NCBI GenBank assembly: GCA_040954595.2
Contig: CM082589.2
Span: 4,974,213-5,038,212, forward strand
Reading direction: 5' to 3'
Length of the DNA: 64,000 bases
From: Balanoglossus misakiensis
Lineage: Eukaryota > Animalia > Hemichordata
The notes under the pieces were generated by a model, which saw only the letters and a list, made by a program, of their open reading frames with translations, made no database searches and was not told where the DNA came from. Positions 13,072 to 28,800 of the stretch are shown piece after piece (positions within the stretch are counted from its first letter, which is position 1; every line of letters begins with the position of its first letter). Made by a program: the position numbers and the translations under genes.

Positions 13072-14619
13072 ACATTGCACCACCCCAAAAAAATACAGTA
13101 CGTGCAGGTGAAATTTGGAATTCAACGGCCAGAAGTACAAACAGAACCATGTGCATGAAAAAGACAAAAATGCTTTTCAACCACACAATGATGTGCCTTA
13201 TTCATCTTCAGAAGCCCCATACCACACTGGCAGCCACATTCACTGGTGAGAATTAACTTCCATGATCATCCTGAAAAATTTCATCTTGGCCTATTTTTGT
13301 TATGGTGAACTGAAATATTCACATATCACTTAATTAAGTTTCACTTGGTGCAGGATTTCCATAAACACTAGAGTTTTTGAGCTCAAACTATACTGCAAGT
13401 ATAAGTAATTCTTGTAGAGCTTGGGTGACAATAAGCCAAATATGAATTTTTCTGCACACTACTCTGCACTGAGGGAAAACACCATACCCATTGGTTTAGG
13501 AATTGTTTGTGCAGTTTTAATTATATTTGTCACATTTTCAATCTGTCCCATAAACTTTTTTTTATTACATAAAACGATGCAATCTATCTAAGACAAAGGT
13601 GTTTTTATTTGTGCTGATTATGAGTTGTTATGCGGATAGTTTGTATAACCCATTTGGGGAAATGAGTTATGAATGATAATAAAAAACGATCATAGTTATG
13701 CAGTTATATAAATTCACATGAATCAAAAAAGCCCTTTGTCATCATGGACTGAAAGGCCTTTCTTTGCATTTTATGAGCCATAGTCGTTTCTTTCAAGTGA
13801 AACTTCTTTATGACGTTTCGCCTTGTTTCCTCGACACGCATGTACATGAATGCATGGGTCGGGTCAGTACATGTACTCATGTCAGACTTGTCTTATTGCC
13901 CTTGCCTGCCCAATTTGACTAAGTTCGCCACCAACGACGAAATATTGTGCCACTTACTATGTTCGTAGTAGTATTGTTATCAGGAATTGCGAGCTGCGCC
14001 GACATCCTTCACACAGCTGACGAATATCTGGCTTGATACGTTTTAGTCGGTTTATATCTGCGTTCATAGGAAAGTGCAGTGCTCCAAAAGAGCACAATTG
14101 AACAAATTTCAATAAATACAGCATGTATAAGTTATTCCAGCTGCGTTTTACACACACAATACATACATGTACATACTATATATTGGTCTAGCACTAAATT
14201 TACACATTTATTGACATATTTACATACTTACAAACGTATTCCCAGTTTGAGCAAATGATCTTGTAATAATTACTGGTTTAAATGTCCTAGCTATAACCTT
14301 CATGGCTTGCAGATTATTTTAGCGTCGTTAGGCTTTAAATAGTAGAGCGGAATTCATCAGAGTCAACACCAAGTTAATATTCTCTATGCCCACGCCCGAA
14401 ATTGACATACTGGTAGCACATTACGCCAAAATTTAAAGCGAGCTACGTTTGAAATGCAAAGCTTCACAGTGGCATGCAGTCGCAGAAACGTGAAAAGACC
14501 CGACGTGAAGATAATATAATGGTCCCACAAACAGAATCCAACAAATTGTATTATAGATATATCCCCTGTCTACTGTTTATCTCATTCATCGTTTAGCTGC
14601 AAATTGAGGGGGGCACGTA

Positions 14620-18736
<4,117 letters not shown>

Positions 18737-20723
18737 TGCACGGGTCTGCACGAGTCGCCCGGTTCGAACACGAGCTGATCCCGGCGAATACTGACGGGCC
18801 AGTGCAGAGTTGTTGGCGAAAAAGGCCGACGTCATACGAAGTGAGAATTACAGTACCCAATTACAAAGATCGCCGTGCGCATCGTTTCCGCGCATAATGC
18901 CTTTGAATGTATGATCCACATTTATATATATTATCCCAAATGATAACAGATTAACACCATATCGTTTTGTACGACGTGAATCAAATCTTGGTGGAAATCT
19001 TGCACAGCCTATGGCGAAAACAAATATGAAGACCCGTAGGAATCGTCTACCAATCCGAACCTTCGATATGTGCGAACGTTCAGGACTGACATTATTGTCA
19101 ATCCAGTTCACTTTAAAATGTCCCACGTCGTTGAACTGTTCATAAAGTGTCAGCTTTAACGTATCAGAATGCAAGAACTCGCTTATACCACAGCGAAATA
19201 AAATATATTCAGGGGCGAAGAATTTTCTGGTTAATCTGCTTGTTTCCAGGCCAAAAGTCCTGGATTCTTTCAATTTTTATTGCAGTCCCCTAAAAATTAC
19301 AAAAATGTAAACTGCAATATCCCCATTTCGGTTACTAATCACTTCTTAGGCTTAAGCTCTTTGACTTCCTACACATGCGTGTACTTTACAAGCACTTACA
19401 ACATGGAGTTAAACTTAGTGTCGTGTAACAGTTGTAAATATCTATAGACAAACGATATAGATTGTTACATGTTATGGCATAAAAATATAACGACCTTACC
19501 AACGAGGTATATACGCCGATTATCCGAGGACACTTATTGAGCGGAGACAAAGCGCAGTTCTTGTGAGAGATCCGGCGAATAAACAACGCGACGGCAGCAT
19601 TCTGTCAATCTACTCAAACAAACAAAAGATGAGCCTATTCCAGACCAGACTGCTTTTATTTTCGATGGCGCAAACTGCTGCAGAGTGTACATGTGTGCGT
19701 TTCCACAAAGTGCGTACAATGGAGCAGTAAAACGTGTTCAAATATGCCGGGATCTATTAAAAGTCACGATAAATGCAAGCTATGGTTCGTTGATTGTACT
19801 TTGTGTGACCAGCTGTCAGGATTGTAAAGCTTGGAAAATGAATTTTAAATGCGCTGACGTCATAGCTCATCTCAAATCGCGCTCGAGTCCTCGATGTTAA
19901 AGCTACATGTATCTGTGAGCTTTGACGAAATATAGTTTACTGTTCGGCTCCAAACAACAAGATTAATTAAATGCTTATAATAGTTATCTTAGCAAATTAG
20001 CTAATGTGAGCATAACCGGCATTTTTATTGTTAAAAGCATTGAATTCAAGTCCGGACTTGAATGTATTTGTCAACAGCATACTAGTATACATGTATAGCC
20101 TGTGCTATGCATATACTCGCTGACAAGCATGTAACTGGGTGTTTAGGTAGGAGAACAAGAAACATTATTTTAGTTGTTTTAGCTTTTTTATCCTCTGTTC
20201 ACTGAAATATATGCCGGATGATGATGATGTTCGTTAGAGTGCTCAGTTGCCTTGTGTTGGCTCGAGTTCTTCGAAGAGTCACGGGTGCATTGACAGGCCC
20301 ACAATCCAATGTTCTCATTTGCATACCACGGGCGCGATTATCCACGTGTCGTCCCATGTGATACAAGTTCTTGTTTCCACGGCAACCAACCCGACAACCA
20401 CATGTACATGTCTCGGCGGCACCCCCGCCTCGTACTGGCACTGGGTTCGTGTAGCTCTCCGTAAAGATCCGTCAGACGTCTTTGTTTCTGAAAAAAATGA
20501 TAATTTTTTCTGAACCACAAGACGCTTTTCCAGTAATAGGAAGCTATGTAAACATCAAATCTTAACTATTTAAAATCATTGACTTTCCTGAGTCCTATAC
20601 ACTCTTCGGTGATTTATAAGAATTGTCATTTTTTATCTGTATGCCAAAGGCCATTAGTGACGTACAACCTTTTCTGCAGATTGCTGCTGCCTTTTCCGTG
20701 ACGACTTGCCTTTTAGAGAATGA

Positions 20724-21288
20724 GAAAGAAACGCCAAGGCCGCGATTACCTGGAGCAATATTCTGAAATCGAGAATGACCGTTTTTGACGATGATTATGT
20801 TAATGATCTCTCACTCATGTTAATGAATATTTGGGCCCTTTACGATTTGCAACCACAAATCTCAACTTAATAAGCTTCAAATTGTGGATTTTAGGAATAA
20901 CGCAATTGTCGGCGATGGTGCTGAGAAAAAGTCTACAGTGCCTACAGACGGACTGGCAATTAAAAAAAGTGTTTGAAAAGTGGCTCAACAAAGTTGCTCA
21001 CATACCCAAATCCTTCACCCCTCCCCCGAAATCAAATAATTCTCCCCTAAAAGAGCGTGTCTGTCCGTTTAAAGCATGGCATGACTCAGTTCAAAACTGA
21101 ATTCTGTTAGCGCGGACAACCAAAGTAAAAAAAAAAAGTGAAAGCAACGCCTACGTAGCTATTACCTTGAGCAATATTCTGAATTCGAGCGGGATCGTTT
21201 TTCAAACGACCATGATTATAATAATGATCTCTCACTCATGTTCATGAATATTTGTGCCTTTCACGATTTGCAATCACAAAATCTCAAG
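20724..21288 (+). repeat. Diverged local direct duplication of ~140 bp upstream of the GPCR (copies ~20724-20866 and ~21140-21288)
   Basis: Shared blocks ATTACC.TGAGCAATATTCTGAA.TCGAG, TAATGATCTCTCACTCATGTT.ATGAATATTTG and ACGATTTGCAA.CACAAA.TCTCAA. Confidence 0.85.
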
Positions 21289-21398
21289 CCTCAAATGCAG
21301 ACGCTGCAGATCATATCAGGTACGCTCGTGAGTGGTACTGTTCCTCAGTGAGATTCAACACAAAGTTAAAGCCTGGTTGTCCTGCAACGCATACGGAC

Positions 21399-22565
21399 AT
21401 GAATGTGTCATATTTGGTAAACCAGACGGTCAGTTTTGAGTTTCGAACAAAAACTGAACTGATCTGCCTCATGCTCAGTATCGTCCTAACTGTCCCCGTC
21501 ATTGTGGTCGGATCGAGTGGCAACGTTCTTGTCTGTTGGATCGTCGGCACAGTCAAGAAACTACAGACACCGGCCAACATTCAACTGGTGACTATCGCCG
21601 TCGTCGACCTGCTGACCTGCGCTATCATATCGCCTCTAGTGTTTGTCGCAAACGTCTCCTTCTTACTGACCGGCACAAATTTCTTCGAGAGTGACGCTTC
21701 GCTGAATATTTGCAGAGCCTACGTCTTCACTTGGTTCCTGTCGCTGACTACATCCTGCTCTAGTCTCGGACTACTCAGCGTGACTCGGGCGATGGGCGTA
21801 AGTGGGAAGTTCTCCCCGTTAAGGATGAAGATGACTATAGTGGCATCGATTTGCATCAGCATTCTTGTCGGCACAAGTCATGCCGTTCTTCGAGCTATAC
21901 TATTTCCCCATCGATTTTGTCTGATCGAACGTATCCCTCCACAGATTTTAGGAGTTATCAACAAGATTGCTTTTGGTATTGTGTTTAGCACGCTTCTGAT
22001 GGTCAGTGTATCCTATGGTTATATTTTCTGCCTTAAACAGAAACAACGGAAGACTGCCATGTCATTGACGCAAAGTATATCCCACTTAAATAAACGTGAC
22101 TTGGCCACCATCCGTATTTGCTTAGTTCTGGTCTTGACTTTCATCGCCACCTATTTGCCAATTGGAGTTTTTGCGTTTCTGCACTCGCTGGACGCTATAC
22201 CGGACAGCCTGTATTACTCACGTCTGGTGTACGCCATCTCGTTCTGTGGTAGTATGGCCAATCCCATCATTTACTGCCTCATGTCCAGCGGATTCCGAAA
22301 ACATCTGTGTTGCTTCGTGTCCGACAAGAGACGCGCTTTGAAAGGCAAGCACGCTCAGAAGTCTCGAAATTTGGGAGAGGTTCCAACGAGACGTGTTCAA
22401 GCCAAGAGTTCACCACGCAACGCCCGACCTGATAGTCCGCGACCCAGCCAAGCGACGCCCACCATAAATTCAATCTCTGCTGCTATTGAAATGGGGAACG
22501 TCATTTCTGACTCAACGCCAGAGTCTGGTATAGATAACTTTGCATTAGAAATCGACGATTCTTAA
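21399..22565 (+). CDS. Intronless orphan rhodopsin-like (class A) GPCR (~388 aa)
   Basis: Seven hydrophobic segments; TM1 GNVLV, TM2 IAVVDLL, TM3 Cys, TM6 TYLP, TM7 NPIIY plus helix 8 FRK; N-terminal sequons NVS and NQT. First ATG of the ORF is 21399; the track ORF starts at a TTG. Confidence 0.88.
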   Translation: MNVSYLVNQTVSFEFRTKTELICLMLSIVLTVPVIVVGSSGNVLVCWIVGTVKKLQTPANIQLVTIAVVDLLTCAIISPLVFVANVSFLLTGTNFFESDASLNICRAYVFTWFLSLTTSCSSLGLLSVTRAMGVSGKFSPLRMKMTIVASICISILVGTSHAVLRAILFPHRFCLIERIPPQILGVINKIAFGIVFSTLLMVSVSYGYIFCLKQKQRKTAMSLTQSISHLNKRDLATIRICLVLVLTFIATYLPIGVFAFLHSLDAIPDSLYYSRLVYAISFCGSMANPIIYCLMSSGFRKHLCCFVSDKRRALKGKHAQKSRNLGEVPTRRVQAKSSPRNARPDSPRPSQATPTINSISAAIEMGNVISDSTPESGIDNFALEIDDS

Positions 22566-23642
22566 AGAAGACGTAACTGTAAGTGGTGATAATTATTTCG
22601 CTTGTTTGGTCTGAACATTCTGAACTTGAACATATGTACCAGATTTGACTTGTATCCGTTCAGCCGTTCTTGGGATAGCGTGTATAGACAGACATTAACT
22701 GGATATGAAATATTATTCTCTCTTTCCGTCTTTGAACTTAATGTTTGTATTCAATTTGAATTTAATAAGTCAACACTTTTCTCGAACTCTTTATGTCATA
22801 GTTGTGAAAAAAATCAAAACGTGGTAACATAGTGTTTTCTTTGCGCGTATTCCTTTCTTGAATTAGGTGTTGCGCACATAGCACATTTGAAGGCAATCTG
22901 TATCATGGATGAAACTTGACAGAAATCTCATGAATGATTTCCTCATTAATTTTGGTTAGTGTTCGAGGCTGACAATGCAAAATGTTTTTAACTGGCGTGA
23001 AAATTCAACAAGTCTTTGTTTTCTCATATGTTGCGATTCGCTGTAATATTGGCAGTAGCTCTGGATTGATTAAAACAAACTTCGCTGTCGCATTTAGGAT
23101 ATTGTAATGGCGTCTATTGTATTGTGGTAAATAATAAAATGTTTTGTGGCAATATATTGTCGAATGTGGGTTTTTTATTATCGACATATAATTGTCGTTA
23201 TATATTTTTACGACATGAGACCATTTTCCAAATCCACAAGACCCTGCAAGATTTCGCGTTGCTATACAGTTCAATGGGTGTTACATTCTCATGTGACACA
23301 GGACAAACAACACATGGCCCATCATGTTAAAATTTGTGTTAAACTTTTTGATATCCATCCATCCATTCATCTTCTGTAGTACAGAACATTGTATCCAAGC
23401 GTTGGTGCTACTTAACCACTTCATTCAATATTATCTATCTCCTATGTACTAACGCATTCGGGAAAATATTGGTCTTAGTCTTCCGTATGGTCGTCTACGC
23501 TCGGGGTATAAACGTCAAAACTCATTAGTAAAATAAACGCAAATAACAAAAACAGTAAGGCAACTGCATAACAAATAAAATAAAAGGTTTGCCCTTTATT
23601 TTGCAAATCAATCAAGTTATTGTAAAATCTTCGAGTGTCGGG

Positions 23643-23777
23643 CATTGAAATTGCTTCTTCCTAAATGTCACAAAATAAACGGAACGCACTGCCCGATAAC
23701 TCAATAACTTAATTGTTTTGTAAATTCCAGGGCAATGCGTTCAATTTAGTGACATTTAGAAGGAAGCAATTTCATTG
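23643..23777. repeat. Imperfect inverted repeat (~45-bp arms), MITE-like
   Basis: Left arm TGAAATTGCTTCTTCCTAAATGTCAC...GAACGCACTGCCC pairs with right arm GGGCAATGCGTTC...GTGACATTTAGAAGGAAGCAATTTCA. Confidence 0.8.
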
Positions 23778-25801
23778 ACGATGCACGTGACGGATGGTGC
23801 ATTTTCTGAACGGACCAGTGTTGTTGGAAAGATAGGGTGCAGTAAAATTCATGAAGCAATAATATCATGTTGTTTGACAGATAAAAGATGATTCATGTAC
23901 ACAACATGTGGCCGAGTTTTACAGTGTGGTAGCCCAGAGAATTAACCCATAAGAGAAAGGCCCAGTTTTCTTGAATATGGTCAAAATATTTGCGACTGTT
24001 GACTATGGCAACCTTTTGTTGTTTTCCCCCAAATGAGCAAATGGTCTTCCAGAGCTAAAGCTGAATTATTTCAGACCCTAGGTTTTCATATCGATCTGCC
24101 TTTACAACAGTTTGGAGTTCAAACAGCTTGAGTGAGTTTCAGTACAGGGGAAATGGTTTGAGCGGCAAAGAAGGAATGTACTGACACTCGATTTTTGTTT
24201 ATCAGCACAGTAAAACCGAAACACTTTGTATGACTTTTCCTTTCAAGGCGAAAATGATAAGCTTGTGGTATAGACCTCGACGAATGTGATTTAGAGATAG
24301 GGGTTTTTTCTTCCCTCAACAATCATCACGTGTACATCCATGACGGGTCGAGGATATTTTAATTGGGAGCTCTAGTACCGTGGCTCTAGGCTTTGATTAC
24401 AATGGCTTATTGTGTGTGCAGGGCTAAACGAGACAAAACCTTGGGCTACAGTTCTACTTCGAGGAAATTAGGCGAGAGTGTAAATAAATATTTCCGGCGG
24501 TCTTCCTGTGCTATTATAATACTGCATCTCACCATAGACCACTCCAGGGTCAATGGTCTATCTAACGTACCCTTTGTTCACTCAGCAATATCGCTGATTA
24601 CCCAGCAAATTGTCCAAACGGTTCGCAATATGCCGAGACGTTCTGATGAGTGAGACACGGACCACGGTGTAAACATCAAGCGAGGGAAAGGATAACGTTC
24701 GTTCACACTGTGTCTGCAGTTGCATGCAGATACATCGGATCAAACCATTTCACATTTGGGAATGGGAATGGAAAACATTTACTGTATCCCGGATAATATG
24801 CGTTCGTTATCTATTCACTTTTTTCAGCTTCCTTTACTTCAATAGAGTCTTTGATGCCTCCATGGAATGGGGTTACTATAGTGATCTTGACGTCAACAAT
24901 AACACGGAGGAAGGGCAAACATGCCTAATTATACGAGCAATAGCCCAATGAAGGCCACCGAACTTGCTGCGGGTTACTTATCTGTTGTAAAGATGAGAAG
25001 ATGAGCAAAGCTGAACAGAAGTACAAATGTATACTACATGATGGGTTCCAGTAGAAAGTAAAATTGCCCATCTCTCTCTCCTTCTCTCTCTCTCTCTCTC
25101 TCTCTGTGTTCAGTGTCAGTGTCTTTCCTTTGTCGAGTTAGACGAATTTAATCCACATATATAGGAAAAAATCATATCAAAGCAAATCTTACAATAAATA
25201 GAGAAAACTTGCAAATTTAACTTACAGATAAACATCCACATCAAGGAAGAACAGTAAATAACTAATTACCATAATACAATTAACAAATTGAGTTATATGT
25301 GAACATGTAAGAAAATGGATTTGAACATTATTTCTGCTATTGGTACGCGCTAAATGACCCGATCGGCTGTGTACATGTTAAAATAGGAATTGAGGAAATC
25401 AAGGAAATAATTATTCAACCGACCAAGCAAAAATATGATGTCTCATTCTGAAGTCACTATTGAACATTTAGAACATTTAAATACGTCTTGAAATTCTATG
25501 CATTATAAACGGTGACACTTGTGCATACATGTGCTCATTTCGTTACGAATGGCAATTAACGTTTCAGGGAAGAGGGTGAATCTCTTTTTTGGCCCAGAAA
25601 AAATAGGCCACGTCGGGATAGTATTACGCGTAGTCTGTATAGACAGGGGCATCTCATGCGAGCCGGTTGAAGTTTATAAATGTAAGCTATTTCTTCCCTG
25701 TCGCTTTTCTGGCTACTTGTCTTTCCTTCTCGAAATTCTGAGCTCAACAGCTTGCGTCTATACCAAAGGGGTTGAAAATCCCATATTGTCGACAGACGCC
25801 C

Positions 25802-28800
25802 TCAACGAGGAGTTATATAAACCTTGTATGGTTTCACAAGCCTGAACATATTGCTTGGGATTGGTTCCAGGTCGGGGTAGGGCTCCCCGGGCGCGTCTCC
25901 AAAATGAAACCGCTGTATCATGCAGCCGAGGAACAGAAACAACTCCATCTTGGCAATTTTCTCGCCTATACAAGCGCGCCGCCCAGCGGAGAAAGGAAGA
26001 AAACTGGGTGGGATGACCACGTTTCCTTCGTCATTCAAGAACCGTGCTGAAATGAAACGAGAAAGGGAAAATTAAGAGATTAGGAAAAAATTATTAAATC
26101 ACATTTTCTCATATCATTCGGCTGGGTTGCTTCTCTCTCTCTCTCCTCTCCCTCTATGTCTCTCTCGCTTTCTTTCTCTCTGTCTGTCTGTCCGTCTCTC
26201 TCTCTCTCTTTCTCTCTCTCCCCCCTCTCTCACCTGGGTCGAATTTTGACGGTTCCTTCCAATACTTTGGATCATGATGTACCCACCATAAATTGCACAT
26301 TATCATGGTGTCTTTAGGTATAAAGTAACCACGGAATCTGTAAAGCAAAGCGAATCATATAAGGCGCTATCCTATGCAAATACATGAGAATGTTCTTGCC
26401 AATAAGAAATCAAACTTAGTGGAAAATTGTGGGATATCTGTATATGTATCTATTTAAGGAAAGGGACACAAGAATTACGTACGTCGTGTCTTCAATGGTA
26501 CGGTGCGGGGCATTCAGTGACGAGATGGAACTACATCGTAGGATCTCCAGGACCGTGGCGTAGAGATACGGTAACGCAGCCTTATCACTCCATCTTGGCA
26601 GACGATCCCCAATGGCGTATGTCATGTCGTCACGTATTTTATCTTGCACCTGGAAGGACAATGCACAATAAATTCGTATACAGGTTAAGTTTATACGCCA
26701 ACTTCTTGCAGCGTGTTACAGCGCCTCATACATGTGGCTTGAAAAAAGAGTCACCTTTGTAATCCAGTACCCAATGTATTGACTACAGCCGTAGTTATAG
26801 GTTTCTGTTCTGTTGAGATTTTAGTCAACCAGATGGATTCTTACCAACGGAAGTACGAGGATGTAAGGTCATGTAGGGGTCATGAAAATGGCCTATGCAA
26901 AAAAGCAATGTGATCGTAGCGATGTGCCACAAATACCTCTTGATAGTTCACGAGGTATGCAATGGCCCACTTCATAGTTTCGGAAATGGTCTGGAAGCCG
27001 CCAGTGAAAACCTCCCACATCGTCATGATGACCAAATCTTCGCTGATGTCTTGGCAGTCGTCGTCACTGTCTCTCATCGCCTTCACCAGGGCGTCGGTGA
27101 TGTCCCGGATGTTGGAGGGGTCAAAGGTCTGCAAGTGCTCTTTCAATTTCTTTTCTAGCAGTGCATCCCTGCGCGCCACCAACTCTTCGATCAGACGGAG
27201 ACGCTTGTTCGGAAATACCTTGAAATTAAATAAAAAGAAGAATAAAAATAAAGTTAAGGATTGTAATGTCTTTTGTGAAACAGTTTGGCCGATTTAGGGT
27301 GTTCCCGTGCCACCTTTTCAGTTAGGAGGTCTCAAATAGTGTGTGGAATGCTGAGTCAGCATTTTTCTCGCACTCCTATGCTATATAGTTTTCCCATAAT
27401 AAAAGTTTCTGAACAGCTCTACCAAAAAATAAGCACGATGACATAGTGCGAGGATATATAACAGAACAGCCGACTCCGAAAGAATCGATTATGTTCAATC
27501 AATAACATGAAGCAGCGCTGTTTTTTCAATGGAAACACTCAAGCGAAATAACGTTACGTTGTTTAGAAACACTGTGTCTCAGGATCAATCACAACTAGTG
27601 TTTTCTCAATCAATACTTTTAAAGACGTTGTTAGTTTATATCAATATCGCTGTATTCTAACAGTAATAGCAGTCATTTTTCCAAATAAGCGAAGGTATAC
27701 TCTTACACCCACGCATGTGCTGAGCAGAAAGGTCTAATGACGTTTGCTCATTTTCAACGCTCAAACATATTATCAAAAGAAACGAAAATGCCTCTTATTA
27801 ATCTTCCCACCTCTCCCACCCCCCCCCCCTCCCTGCTACACCCTCCCTGGGCCACACCGCGTCGTCGTTTCGTTATTTAACATTGTCATCGTCACTGTTG
27901 AGATCTATAAATTATAATTATAATTTCTGCTGGTCACTGATATTCTCTCTGTGGCAATCAGTCGATAAAAGTATTCGCAAACCGGAAACGGATATGACAA
28001 ACGAGAGTAATATACATGTTGCGGTTCCGCTGACGTCACGGCCTTTAAGTTGGACGTTGGCGACGTCATCCCTTAAGTTTGGCAGGCGATTGATGTTCGT
28101 ATCTAAAGAGCAGTTGGACGTTTGCTTTCGTGTGATATAGCTATCCTTTCCAGCTCTTTATCGCACGATCTTTTGAAGAAGAAACGAATGCTTTTTATTG
28201 TTTGCTTAAGGCAATATGTGCGTCACTGAAAAGCAGAATCGACGTCGATTTGTGCGCTGTGATGAAGAACCCTTTTCAGTGACAATGACGTGGGCTGATA
28301 TAAGATATGAACAAAAAGTACATGGGGACAGGTTTGGTATATTAAAAGGTATACAGTCACCTCCAATTTACATACGCCTATATATGGCTGAATGGCGTAT
28401 GTGAGCGTTCTAAAGAACATATGGTGGCGCTCTTTTTTTCGCCTGTGCCACCCACTGTAAATCTGTGATTGGCTAGTCCTCAATTTGCCATGGTAACTAT
28501 TGCTAATTTTCCATAGGTGACCGTTTACCTTTAAAATCCGCATCCGTATACGAGTAAAGAGCTCCGAGTTGGGTAAAACGTGAGAATTGACCCACGGGAG
28601 AAGTGCGATACGCCGCGTCCTATAAAGCGAAGCCTGTTACCAAATAAATACCCTAGTTCTGTCTTTGCAGCCCCTGGTAAAAATCACCGAAAGAACGTGC
28701 ACTGAATAAAACAATATGACGACATCGCTAGGTCTGTGTCGTGACGTATTGTATTGATCGGTTTACGAATGCCCTCGCCTTGCCGGGTCGAGTGACAATG

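Noticed and set aside
18848-19273. 141-aa minus-strand ORF upstream of the sulfatase
   Set aside because: Non-ATG start and no recognisable domain; probably chance or a degraded repeat.
21252-21398. 49-aa N-terminal extension of the GPCR in the ORF track
   Set aside because: Starts at TTG and overlaps the duplicated non-coding block; the first ATG is 21399.
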